Assembly: GCF_011745625.1 (NCBI RefSeq)
Contig: NW_027191511.1
Coordinates: forward strand, 1 to 55,232
Reading direction: 5' to 3'
DNA length: 55,232 nt
Origin: Cladosporium halotolerans
Lineage: Eukaryota
Shown: positions 35,801 through 46,879 of the stretch, piece after piece
Layout: every line of letters starts with the position of its first letter
Position numbering within the stretch: the first letter of the stretch is position 1
Position numbers and translations under genes: made by a program
The notes under the pieces: generated by a model
Seen by the model: the letters and a program-made list of their open reading frames with translations, nothing else
The model's database searches: none
Told to the model about the DNA's origin: nothing

Positions 35801-36860
35801 CTGGCAGCAGTTGCAGTCGTCCAGAGGATAGGCATGCAAACAAAGGTCGTCCGACAAGAGGTCATAGGGTGGGCGAAGACGTGCTCAGTCCTGGCGGCAG
35901 AACTAGCCGCGATTGCGATGGCACTGGAGTACGCTAGGGACCATATCCGCCAGACCCTGATCGTTCTGTTCTCGGACAGTCAGCAGGCCTTGAAGGTTAT
36001 ACAAAGCGGGAGCATACACGGATCCAAGAGAATGCTCCTATACAGGATCTTCGAAGCCGTGGCTGAATTGGTCAAAAGACAAACCGATGTTAGGTTCAGA
36101 TGGGATCCTGCGCACGAAGGAATTGTAGGAAATGAGATAGCTGACGAGGCAGCTCGGGAAGCATCAAGTCAAGGCGGCAGGCCAACGGCGCCAGCACTAG
36201 AGAGGGTGCGGGAGGCCGAAGGCATTATCCGCTTGATGAGTCGGGCCAGGAGTGATAATCCGACCCCGTTCGACTCCACAGGGCTTGCCGGTCAGTATAC
36301 GTGGAAGATGGATCAGGCCTTGCCGGGGAGGCACCCTCCGGCTGTACGGGTCGCTGACCTCAGATCAAACGGCAATTCTCATACAGGCACGGACAGGGCA
36401 CTGTCGACTAAACCAGTACCTTGCGAGGGGCGGTCTGGTTGGAAGTGCTCAATGCCAGTGCATGCAAGGTGAGGAGACTATTCGCCACGTGATCCTAACG
36501 TGCCCGCTGTGGGCGGATGCAAGAAAGGAACTGTGGGCAGTTGCTAGAGAAAGGGGAGGGGATGTTCCCTTCCTCCTAGGCGGATGGAGACCAAGAAAGA
36601 CAGCAAAGGTCGATTGCTAGATGGTCCAAAAGAGAAGTGGATGCCGGACTTGAAGGTGGTTAAAGCAACGATATGGTTTCTTGAACAGACTGGAAGGCTC
36701 ACCTACCGCCCACGGGCAGTAGAAGTCTAGTAAGATTGGACAACTCTCTTTCTGAGCAAAGGCGTTTGAATTAGTATTGGACTAGCAAGGTCACTCTCTA
36801 GGGACGGCTCATACGGTTACCGTGAATAGCCTGACAGAATCAATCAAATCAAATCAAATC
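32865..36860 (+). mobile_element. Tad1-like LINE, ORF2 only (APE endonuclease, RT, RNase H, CCHC), inactivated
   Basis: ADLNRYHVLWG, STVDL, GSDH (APE); KSPGTDG, FRPISLL, FDVKGAF, PKGSPLSP, FIDD, LGL (RT); YTDAS, AELAAI, FSDSQQAL, GNEIAD (RNase H). Stops at 33082, 33803 and 34283 plus frameshifts; (AAATC)n tail; candidate TSD AAACCATAT (32856) / AAATCATAT (36856). Confidence 0.95.
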
Positions 36861-36995
36861 ATATACTGTTTAGGTTAGGCGCGGGCACTAACCCTAATCG
36901 GGAAAGGCAGGTCTGCGTTGATACATGCAGGATACTTCGTTCGGTGTGATGGAGTATCTGGGCTACAATCGCCAAATGTTGATTCCCTCGTACAT

Positions 36996-39276
36996 CTACA
37001 TCTCCATCTCCGACCCGGTCTCGTCATCTTCTACCCTACGCTCACGCGATCGACTTGTCTGCAAAGTTTTCCTTCGTTTAAGAGCGGCTAAACTTGACAT
37101 CTTCCGTCGCGTTTTTGGACCTTTCTCGGAGAGCGATGCTGTCCGTAGCTGAATATTTTCATCATCCGGAACGTCGACCTCTTGCGTTTCGCTAGCGTGT
37201 GGCGGAGCAATGTCACTGTTCGTAGCCCCGTCTTGCTGGCTTATACGAATTGAAGGATTCAGTGAATCGGTATCTTCTGGTTGCTGGCTCCCCGTTGCCA
37301 AGGTTTCCTGTGCCGCATCGGCTTCGGGCTGACGGCTTTTCGAAGGTTGGGTTCCTAGCGCATCCATGGACAGTGATTCTGGTCTTGCCGCTTGCTTTAG
37401 CCGCACCATATCCAAGCTGACATTTTGGTACTTCTTCCATTTGGTAGAGAGCTTTCCCTTCTTGAGTACTTCATCGAAGGATGTCTTCTGGAGTGGTTTG
37501 ACAACTCGCCCATCACGTGCAAATACTGCATAAAGCTCCACCGACAGTCTAGATACCTCCACGTATAGATATACGTGGCAAACCCGCTTACCGGGCTTGA
37601 CGGTTGATCGCGGTAACTGCTGCGCAAACCTTCCAAACTCAGTGACTTGATCGACCTTTGTGTAAGCGAAATTCTCTGTGTTCCAGCCTTCGATGATATC
37701 GTCATCAGAAACTTCGGTTGGCGTCCCGAAAACTGACAGGTCAAGCGAGGGCGGCTCATCATCGGTAGCCTGCAGTTCGAAATGGATGGGATGCGACGCC
37801 GACACTCTGTCTCGCAGAGTGGCAGCGTCATTCTTGTCTTGACCCTGAGTGCATATTCTGACCACAGTATCATGATCTTCTCCATTTGTGCTTTCGTCTG
37901 GGTCGCTTCTCAACCACAGTGAGACTGGTACCTCTTTCACCAAAAGGATTTCGGGTTTATCTGCAATGCACGCCAGGCCTGCAAGCACAGATGTGCTATG
38001 ATATGTGTTAGTAATTGCTAAAGTCCGTTTCCACGCAGTACATACATGTTTGTTTGCTTGTCTTCGTGCACTGTCGCAGTCGGGACTTCCTGACTAACGA
38101 GGTCTCTGAAGGCTTTCAGCGAAGGAGGGCTACGTGAACCACGCCCAGTCAATAGCACATGAAGCCCAACGTGATCTCCCAAGCGATTTGTCAAATCACG
38201 AGCGTCCTCGAGTGTTGGTCGCGCAAAATCAGGCCGCCGCCGATCTAGGCTACGAAGTGCCAGTTTGGCGTGTCCGATGACTCTGTCCCATTCTTCCTCT
38301 GAGAGCCCACAGCGCGGGGATATTGCAACTCCTGGCTCTGGTTTGAAGTACTCGTCGATGCACTCAGAGACTTCCCAAACGTTAGCTTCAGCAGATTTCG
38401 CGCCGTTAGTCCTGTTGATACTCCGCACTGCATCTTCTACAGCCATATTGATCTCGCCAGCACCAGCAGGGTAATCCTTCCATCGGTGAACCTTGTATTT
38501 CGGTCCGGCCGTGACCTCGGCGAAGCCAACATTCTGTCTAAAGCGTCAGATTGGACACGATAATTCTCGGACTTGAAGCATACCATGCCAGAATGACCGC
38601 AGTCAATCACCACATATACCCCTTCAACCGACTCACTGCCAGTGATACTGGAGATGCGGCCTATGATGCTGCTCAAACACTCGTCCACGTTCTCGAATTC
38701 AGCATCGAACCCAAGGTTCCGCAGACTGAGCATCAGCTCCTGTACATTGCGGTTGGGCCAGCGATCGCTAATGTTTATTTTTATCTCAAAAGTCTCGTCT
38801 CGCCCTCCAATGACTTCGCTGACCATATGCTTGAAATATGCGATCGCTATCTCTTTGGACGTCATTCCAAGGGCTGTCGCTTTCTCTGTTTGAACATCCA
38901 GTGTTCGCTGAACGTCAGGGGTAGTCCCTTCGTCCGTGAAGACCAATTTCGGATAGGCAAAAATCTCCCAGTCTGCAGGGTTGCGCTTTCGGGCGCGCAC
39001 CGCGGCGTGGCCATGAAGTACTTCTCTGGGCTGTCCGCTTTTGCGTACCGCCGTCATAGCCGGTATCGCTTCTGCTCCTCCTACACTGCTCGCGCTAACA
39101 CCTTGTGGCCATCTCACGAGTTCCCATTCACCTCCCGGCTTCTTCACCACCGCCTGGCCGTTGGACGCGCCGAGTTCTATCGCAGCACTCCATGGTTCTT
39201 TGACTGTCGTTGGCGGACTTTTCGGTCTTGCCTGTGGGGAAGGTCTCGATGGTGGAAAGACTTTGATGCGTGCCAT
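36996..39276 (-). CDS. Hsp70/actin-fold ATPase-like protein, copy 2 (apparently intact)
   Basis: AIELGAS (phosphate-1-like), VDECLSSI (connect-1-like), YVVIDCGHSG (phosphate-2-like), VLLTGRGSRS (adenosine-like), SVLAGLA; introns 38583-38534 and 38045-37996. Confidence 0.8.
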
Positions 39277-39432
39277 GGAATCGTGGGTTTGTACAAGAAG
39301 TCGAAGGGCGGGGTGCAGTGTTGGACGGTTGCGACGCAGCGTGCATGGACTGCGCGAGCAAGTCGCGATGCACACGAAGCGTGGAGACTTTGCAGGTTGC
39401 CGCGGAAACTGTGTGTAAGGGCCCCTGCGCTT

Positions 39433-39697
39433 CGTCGCATGCGTATATTGCAGACTGGACGCAGCGTGCATACTAGTGATGACAAAACACTCCAACACAT
39501 CTGATCCTTCTGGTGCATACAAGCAAGGTAGTTGACATAATCCAGATCTCATACTTCACAGGTGGCCTGAGTCTACATTGAAAATTTGCGAAAACAAAGT
39601 GGCAACCCTACCGGAAGTGAATTCTCGAATGCGCTCCGGCCAAGCGTGAGCGGACAGGCGTACATCGCATACTGGCTGTGTTGTGCATACTGGCTGC
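39433..39697. promoter_or_regulatory. Two copies (B 39433-39473, D 39658-39697) of the conserved motif in the divergent intergenic region
   Basis: CGTCGCATGCGTATATTGCAGACTGGACGCAGCGTGCATAC and GCGTACATCGCATACTGGCTGTGTTGTGCATACTGGCTGC. Confidence 0.55.
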
Positions 39698-39824
39698 TTT
39701 GTCAGTGCCTATGTTTCTTTGCTTATTGCCATTTGCTTGGTGGATTGTTCGACAATCCTGCATATCGCTGGAAGCTTCATCTCCCAACTGGCTCACTTGC
39801 TATACTGGGCCACTTGCGCCAATC

Positions 39825-41705
39825 ATGGTGACCAGCGCTAGCCATTGGCCCTCGACGCTATTCTTGCAATCGGTCGACTCTGACCTGAAACGAAGCTTTC
39901 ACGGGCGCTTTACGAAGACGAGAGAATCATACGACATGCTAAAAGAACACGAAGTCACAACGGTCGTTGCAGAAAGCTCCGGTTGGAAGCGCCTAGGCAA
40001 GCCGTCCTTTCGACGAGATGTCCATACCGGCATAGTGTTTCGCAGAGCGCCACCCAGCCGTCTGCATCCGGCGGGCCGCATCACGATTTGCGTTCCTCAC
40101 GAGCTGAATTTTGACGTTGCTGTAAGTCATGACCTATTACACTGCATCGGCATAGATATCTCGGGGCTAAATCAATTGCAGACTCTAGAGCACCTTCGAG
40201 CACATACGCTTCTCTCAAGAGGCGAAAGGCCGGACAGTGTTGACTCGGCTATTGCTGCAAAGTACACGGGAGTCCACCGGGACCACTTAAGATACGTCAG
40301 AAAGCATTGTTTCCACTGCAATCCTAGTGCTGAGAGTATGTTCAGCATCGCAGTGGAATGTACGCAGCTGTTACGCGATCTCACGACAATACCTGATACT
40401 CTACACCTAAAGTCACCTTCACCAGAAATGCTCGCGGGCACAGATTCTAGTCAAGAGCAAAACCTTGCGGCCCAACGCAAGACCAACAACGCCGTCTTCA
40501 GCTCTTCAGCTCGATACTCCACCGTTCTCTGGATTGGTTTGGAAGACAAAATGTCTGAATGTCTTTCCACCCAGATCATTCAACACAGATATGTCACAGC
40601 CGCGAACAGTGCACATGTTCCTAGCTGCTTTCTGCCTTATCGGGCAGCAGAGCTACTCCGAGTGTCAGGGCCAGCTTTCATGGATGTGGACCGCGAACAT
40701 GTTACAGCCCACCAATCCATAGTCACTGCTTCTATCTTGGAAGATGATACAAGATGTCAGGTCAACTATCAAACTGCTAGCTCCTTGCAGCGGCAGCTCG
40801 CGCATGACCCATCAACTTTGGACCCCAACACGATGATAATGCCAGCTTGGCGACGTTACGACTCAAATCATCGTGTTATACAGAAAATCTACTCACTGGT
40901 AGAAGCTTACGAAGCGGGCGTCTTACGCGTTTTCCCCAGTGCGAGTGAGTACGAACATGCACACGGGAAAACAGGCGACATCTGGGCCTTAGACTTGATC
41001 GCTCAGGGCGCACCGTCAGACTGGTCTTTTCGTCCAACCACGTGCGACTGCACATCTGCATGTCGCCTTGGCAAAGCCGGTGTGCTAAAACGTACGCACA
41101 GCTGCGGCAGTGAGCACGTGATCGTGCGCCCGACGAGTTCCGATATTTCGAGACATCTGGGGTGCTTTGTGAACCAGCGCAGGGCGAGCAAGCGTCGGGC
41201 AGCGCAGAGTACTGGGCAATGGTTTCACCAAGAATTCGTTCAAGGGCTACAGCAAATCGGGGAGTTCCGAGTTTTCATTGCCACAGTGAGTGATGCGAAG
41301 GTGACACGCGGGCGAAGGGGAGAAGTGATTGAAGTGGTACACACTTTCGAGCTCGAAGATAGAGAGCTCGTTGTGACTGTCCTGACTTCCAGCTCGATTT
41401 GGTCAGGTAGACCCGACACTTACGGCAAGGTAGATCTCGAAGAGCTGAAAGGATTTGCCCTGTATGTGTTCGGCGCTCTGCGGAACAGACCTGACTGGTC
41501 AACAAACTTTGAGTCTCTGGAAATCGGAGCTCGAATAGATGTCGGCATCACCTTAGTGAACGAGTCGTGTCGGTTTTTCGTCAACGAGGTCACACGAATC
41601 TACGAAGCAGACTTTTTCGCAGAGTGGTTGGCTCAGCCTGGAACGCATATCTGCAGGGAGGTGTCTAAGGCTCTTGAAGAAGTTTTTTTATGTCCGGCGC
41701 ATTGA
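39825..41705 (+). CDS. Uncharacterised protein with C-terminal ATP-grasp-like domain (start uncertain; ORF open from 39678)
   Basis: VLKRTHS..EHV, FHQEFV, GEFRVF, ARIDVG, FFVNEVT reproduce the K / QE / E.RV / R.D / NE pattern of ATP-grasp ligases. Confidence 0.7.
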   Translation: MVTSASHWPSTLFLQSVDSDLKRSFHGRFTKTRESYDMLKEHEVTTVVAESSGWKRLGKPSFRRDVHTGIVFRRAPPSRLHPAGRITICVPHELNFDVAVSHDLLHCIGIDISGLNQLQTLEHLRAHTLLSRGERPDSVDSAIAAKYTGVHRDHLRYVRKHCFHCNPSAESMFSIAVECTQLLRDLTTIPDTLHLKSPSPEMLAGTDSSQEQNLAAQRKTNNAVFSSSARYSTVLWIGLEDKMSECLSTQIIQHRYVTAANSAHVPSCFLPYRAAELLRVSGPAFMDVDREHVTAHQSIVTASILEDDTRCQVNYQTASSLQRQLAHDPSTLDPNTMIMPAWRRYDSNHRVIQKIYSLVEAYEAGVLRVFPSASEYEHAHGKTGDIWALDLIAQGAPSDWSFRPTTCDCTSACRLGKAGVLKRTHSCGSEHVIVRPTSSDISRHLGCFVNQRRASKRRAAQSTGQWFHQEFVQGLQQIGEFRVFIATVSDAKVTRGRRGEVIEVVHTFELEDRELVVTVLTSSSIWSGRPDTYGKVDLEELKGFALYVFGALRNRPDWSTNFESLEIGARIDVGITLVNESCRFFVNEVTRIYEADFFAEWLAQPGTHICREVSKALEEVFLCPAH

Positions 41706-42431
41706 GAGAATGTTGATGTGAACACCGAATATCGTGTCCTAAGGTTGATTCACAATGAGACTTGGGTCCTCACTCTGACTGTCCCAAGTAACGAACACTT
41801 TGTTACATGGCATACTAAACCTATGTAGCAGCACGACACTTACGCAAAGAAGCGCAAGTGATGTGGTCACATGTACCTCACTCTGGTATACAGCTGCTCG
41901 TCTGACCTTCTTTTGTGCGAAGCTGGTTATGGCGGAAAATCGTGAAGCATAGTCAATGTCAAACCCAGATTAGATACGCTGCACTGGTGCGAAAAATGTT
42001 TAGATCTGGTGGTCAATTGCGATACTAAGGCACCGCTCGTGGGTCGGCTTCGGCGTTTGCTGCATCACAACTTCGGGTGCCACGATCAATCTGTTCTGAA
42101 TGACACGCGATAACGCAGAGGCACGGCGGAGTAGCAAGACTCAAAGATTGTTGAAGCATTGGAAGAAGAAGCAGTGCAAGCGATCATCATGTACCTTTCG
42201 CGGACAAGAAGCTAACGCCATAGCTTCCAGTGAAGACCAGCCAACCGGTGGTTGCTACGCGTTGTGTCCGAGAGCCACTGGGGTATACATCCATAAAAAC
42301 CCTATAGTACTGCATTACGATATCTGGCATGTGCTATCAGGCGTTGCGCAATCAGCTGTGTGTCTTCACCGGTCGACGCAAGCAGTGCTGCAGCTCGGAT
42401 CCGTGCGGATGACGGGAGTCGCGCGGCAGCC

Positions 42432-42479
42432 GATTTGATTTGCTCCTGCAGGCTATGCACGGTGTCCGTATGAGCTGTG
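42432..42479 (-). mobile_element. ~45-bp LINE 3'-end-only insertion with 10-bp TSD
   Basis: Minus strand ACAGCTCATACGGACACCGTGCATAGCCTGCAGGAGCAAATCAAATC nearly matches 30574-30620; flanked by GGCAGCCGAT (42425) and GGCAGTCGAT (42480). Confidence 0.85.
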
Positions 42480-42733
42480 GGCAGTCGATCAAGGATGGCA
42501 CGCACACGAAGGCTACTGCAACCCTAAGCTAACGCTAACCCAAATTAAGATCACAGCAGATCTTCCAGGATGCAATACCGGAATAAGTGCACTCGCGATC
42601 CGTTCGGGGTTGCCATTTGTGCGTGTCTGGCAAACTCGGCGGAAATCCGACGCATTCCAGCTTGCATGATAGAATTGGTGGCGAGGGACTAGCAGGACGC
42701 AATACCTCCTTCTACTCATGTTGAGCGGATCAG

Positions 42734-44740
42734 TTGATATCACAGCCCCGCATACAAGCTTTATCCAATGAGAGAGCACAGCTGGGATGGGCCGGTGAAG
42801 CATTGCAAAATATAACAGCCCAAACCGGAGACATCTGCAGCCATTTGATCCGCAACGAAACCGAAAAGGCCTGGAAAAAGGACGCAATACTTTTGATGAT
42901 GAACATCAAGGTCCAAAATCAGTGCTGTCAAAGTCAAGAGCTAGATCAGTCAACGCTGGTCACCAAGCTATTCGAAATCGAAAGATTCCAGACCCCAAAT
43001 CATAAGTCCTTGGAATGGATGGAAAACCTTTCATGTTTGTGGAGGAACTCAGCCCAACCACGAACGTTACAACTGGGGTCTAATCCATGCAAAAGCGTTG
43101 AAGGAGACTATGTCGCTGTGTCGTATTCATGGGCAATCACTCCTGGGCTCGAGTCTGCATCTAGCGGCGGATTCACCATCACCGATCCAAAAGGGAACCA
43201 TCTTCGCCAAAGTATCATCCGCAATGAAGTGCTCGAGAGGGTGGTTCGTTATGCGGACTTGAAGAGAATTTCAAGAATCTGGATCGACCAAGAATGTAGC
43301 CCACAAGATGATCACAGGAAGAAACAAATCGCTATGAATTCGATGGATCTCGTCTACCATCATAGCAATCATTCAGTCGGACTCCTGGCGGTAATTTTAC
43401 GAACTCAGGGCGAAGTCAATAGGCTGCAACAACTTATGTTGGGTCGTTCGATCACACAAGACGGTGATGGCATGTTTCCGACTCTGGCCTCTCCTGCGGA
43501 TTCCCACGCCTCCATCGGGGTATTTGATGTCCTTCATCGTCTCTATTCAGACCGTTGGTGGACCAGAGCTTGGATTTTCCAGGAAGAGTATCTCTCATCA
43601 ACAGCCATGCATCTTCTTGTTCGCCGCGCGACTTGTACCGCCTTACGCCATGAATTTGGATCTTTGCAGGACGAAATATGCCTCGAAGCAATCACTTTCC
43701 GCAAGCAGGCGACCCTCTTTCTGCTCGCTTTTAAGCGTGAGGGCCATCAGAGATACACCAGAAAATGCGTCAGGATGCTCAAGCGTTTCGGCAGATACGA
43801 AGTACAATATCACTTCCAGCACGACTCCATGAGGAAAGCGATGTCTCCAAGGATTTTCGCCGATATCCAGCGAAGAAAGATCACAGATCCTCTCGATCGT
43901 TTGCCGATTGTAGCGAACAGCTGCAACTATGCAATACGTATCGCCGCACGACAATCACTCAGTGGTATATACAGTGTGGGCTTGTGCTCGCTTGCAATGT
44001 TTCTTCTCAATGGGGAACTTCTGCGAAATTCACGAGATATCAAGAAGCTTCCAACAGAGATGGACTGTGCCAATTATCTTCAATACATTTCGTTCAACAA
44101 ATTTGAACCTCCTGTTGCGAAGAAACAACTGTCCTATCTGAAGGGGTGTCGATTCCACAAAGTGTTTCTAAATCGTCAAGGACGAATGACTAGTGGCCAT
44201 CTGTGGACCATCACAGGCACATTGCTGCCCTCTGCATGGCCATCCCCGCCGCGAAAGAGTCAAAAGTTCCATCGGCTTGGTCTGAACGACTTCCAGCGCG
44301 ACAGTCTTCATCAGCTAGCTGATATACTTCGAGCTGTAGGCTGTGTACGACCAGCTTCAGCGGTAGAGAAGTACCTCGACATTGACTCCATCTGTGCCAG
44401 ACCTACTGCAGCAAAGCGCCACATGGATCTCATGGCAGAGTCAGTAGTGGAAGCGATGCGCGTTGGGCTGCCTTTACAAGTGGCTTGCACACAAAATCCG
44501 AGTAGTGCTTGTGGGATATTCGTCGATTGTCGAAGTTCCCTAGAGATATTTACCTCCTGGCATGCTGGCATTGGACCTGATGTTCGATGGCGAGAGACTC
44601 ACGTATCACTTGGGGTGGAAATACAGGGCGCCGGGAGTGCGCCAATTCTCGACACAGTCCGATGGATAAATGGCCTTACATTTTTGGCAAAGCGCGATGA
44701 GACGCCAGTCATCTTTAAGTGGCCAAGGGCATGGGTGTGA
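42734..44740 (+). CDS. HET-domain (heterokaryon incompatibility) protein; first ATG at 42896
   Basis: YVAVSYSW, IWIDQEC, AMNSMDLVY, WWTRAWIFQE, DRLPIVAN. Confidence 0.88.
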   Translation: MISQPRIQALSNERAQLGWAGEALQNITAQTGDICSHLIRNETEKAWKKDAILLMMNIKVQNQCCQSQELDQSTLVTKLFEIERFQTPNHKSLEWMENLSCLWRNSAQPRTLQLGSNPCKSVEGDYVAVSYSWAITPGLESASSGGFTITDPKGNHLRQSIIRNEVLERVVRYADLKRISRIWIDQECSPQDDHRKKQIAMNSMDLVYHHSNHSVGLLAVILRTQGEVNRLQQLMLGRSITQDGDGMFPTLASPADSHASIGVFDVLHRLYSDRWWTRAWIFQEEYLSSTAMHLLVRRATCTALRHEFGSLQDEICLEAITFRKQATLFLLAFKREGHQRYTRKCVRMLKRFGRYEVQYHFQHDSMRKAMSPRIFADIQRRKITDPLDRLPIVANSCNYAIRIAARQSLSGIYSVGLCSLAMFLLNGELLRNSRDIKKLPTEMDCANYLQYISFNKFEPPVAKKQLSYLKGCRFHKVFLNRQGRMTSGHLWTITGTLLPSAWPSPPRKSQKFHRLGLNDFQRDSLHQLADILRAVGCVRPASAVEKYLDIDSICARPTAAKRHMDLMAESVVEAMRVGLPLQVACTQNPSSACGIFVDCRSSLEIFTSWHAGIGPDVRWRETHVSLGVEIQGAGSAPILDTVRWINGLTFLAKRDETPVIFKWPRAWV

Positions 44741-45139
44741 ATCTGAGATTTTCGAGAAGAGCTTAAACTTGTCACATTATGTCCATAGTATCAGCTGAGG
44801 GCGAATGATGATGGATTTGCCTTGCAAAATAATAAGTCTTCCCCACTACTTGAAGACCGTTCAGACCTTACAAAAACAGCGTAAAGATACACAGCTTTTG
44901 GTGGCAAAACACAAAACTCCCTCTCGGACGGTCTAAGTTCAAAACTGGAGTAGCTTTGTCAACGACATCACCTCTTTGAGACAGTGGAATGTTGTTTTTG
45001 GCTGGAAAGAGAGCTAGTCATCAGACGCTAAAACGACTGCCGTAACTTAGATAGTTAACTCATGTTGTTTGGCCACCCTGCCCCAACCCTAACCCTACAT
45101 GGGCTGAGACTTGTAATGAGGAACTTCATGAAGCTTGCG

Positions 45140-45232
45140 ACTCGTACTCCTCGCTCTAAATCGCAGGAATCGCAAAAGATACTCTCGACGGCCGAACAGG
45201 AGGCTCTCATAAAGCGGATAAAGCAAATGGGG
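45140..45232 (+). mobile_element. Possible Fot1/pogo transposase N-terminal remnant
   Basis: RSKSQESQKILSTAEQEALIKRIKQMG resembles the HTH linker of Fot1-like transposases; very short. Confidence 0.3.
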
Positions 45233-46619
45233 CCGGCAAATGTTTACCGTATCGCTTTGGTCAGCTTGCAGGTGTCAGACTCAGGTAAGGAAGACTGGTC
45301 TGCATGCACCCATGTTCGATTGGTGATCCCTTTCGACGTATCCTCAACCGTGTGACGTGTAATCGACGTAGACTAATGAACCCTCATATTGCAGATTGTA
45401 AGGATCAATGACCACAGCACTTAGGCGCATGCTTCACCGGTTCATACTCCGCTTTGGTGGCGGAGAGTTCGTTCGGCAAAAGACCATGACTATGTGTAGT
45501 ACAGCGCATGCATGGGTTTGCGCGTGACCTCTCAAATCCGCTAATACATACCAGCACTATGCAGGAAGGTTATTGTGGGAGCAGATACCTGCGTTCCACT
45601 TGTCGGATCTCAAATCAGGCCATACTTTTGTGACAGTGCACGCCTAAATGGCACATGTCCAAGCACTTCGTGGCACTCATCTTGCAAGCTAGTCCCAACA
45701 TAGCACCACTCTTACACGATCTTCTTGTCGGTGGGTCTGTTGAAGAAGCCGTCATGCGCATACCCGATGCTGAAGTGACTCTAGGCTGACTTTAAAACCA
45801 GTGGAAAGGCTTCGTGACATAACGTTACATGAGATTTGGAGGCCGGAAGACAAATACAGCATCCGTCAAACCACGGCCGAAGCTGGGAACATCAGTATTC
45901 ATTCGTTGGCCTTAATCGAGAACAGACTCGTTCATCTATTTCTGGGCATGAAGGATAACGGAAATTTCGTGATAAGAGACGAATCACTACAACGTCCCGG
46001 TTGGTTCCTCCATGAACGAGGATGACGCCGCCTTCTTTTCCTTCTTCTTGCTCTTCTTAGATGTAATTACACCCCAGGTGTCCTCATCTAGAGGAGTCGC
46101 AGAAGGCTCATCTAGAGGTGCTTCTGGTGCGACAGCTTCTAAGATGTCGAAAGAGGATGCTTATGAATGTCAGGTATTTGAAGTGCGGAATGGATTCAAG
46201 GCCTCATGTGGGCGATCTGGTGCTAAAATGAAGTGTGGCATTTTAGCGCAGAAAGCCCAGAACGCCCTTTGTCGGACGAAATGGCAGATGTTCGAAGGGG
46301 TGCACTGTAAATGGATGACAGTAGTGAATCTCTTATACGAAGAGAGAACATGGCGCTGTGTTGCGCCGCGATATCAAGTTCCGGCAATATTCCGCCAATG
46401 TACAGGGATTATTTTGTCAGGTCGGGCCTAAAGATGCACGCATGTGATGGATGCTCTAACGAGAAGATGCACGCCTTGCCACATTTCCATCCTATGGCTA
46501 GGTACGGTGTACAAGATTTGACAAGTATAAGTACGGGTGCTCTGGCCTATCTCCAGACTCCTGATCATAGACTTCCTCCACACAGCCTCTACCAAAGATC
46601 AAACTAAAACCCAGACATC

Positions 46620-46879
46620 ATGTCGAGTGACAACAAGCAAACTCCAGCATACATGTCGGGAGACGCAGCCTCTCGAATCCAGTCTGCAAATGTAGGTCAT
46701 TACTTTACCCACCCAAGCCGGCTTACTGACTCTCGTAGTCCGGATCGGGCGGAAACTCTGGCTTTTCTTCGCGCGCTCAATCGGCCGCAGCAAACAATGC
46801 CAATGCTGGTCGCGTGAGCCAGAACGGAAGTGCCAACGGGTCCAAAGCCAATGCCAACGGCAACACCGGGAAGAAGTGA
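46620..46879 (+). CDS. Small Gly/Asn/Ala-rich SMP/LEA-like hydrophilic protein (70 aa)
   Basis: MSGDAASRIQSAN|SGSGGNSGFSSRAQSAAANN; intron 46692-46738 (GTAGGT..ACTGAC..TAG). Confidence 0.75.

Noticed and set aside
36870..36897. Telomere-like hexamers in inverted arrangement (TTAGGTTAG..CTAACCCTAA; similar short tracts at ~14772, 42520, 45085)
   Set aside because: Only 1.5-2 units each; too short to call interstitial telomeres.
38551..39504. Long antisense ORFs (38551-39504 +, 1673-2569 -, 364-1026 -, 22388-23074 -, 34696-35256 -)
   Set aside because: Shadows of real genes or the LINE on the opposite strand; no recognisable motifs.
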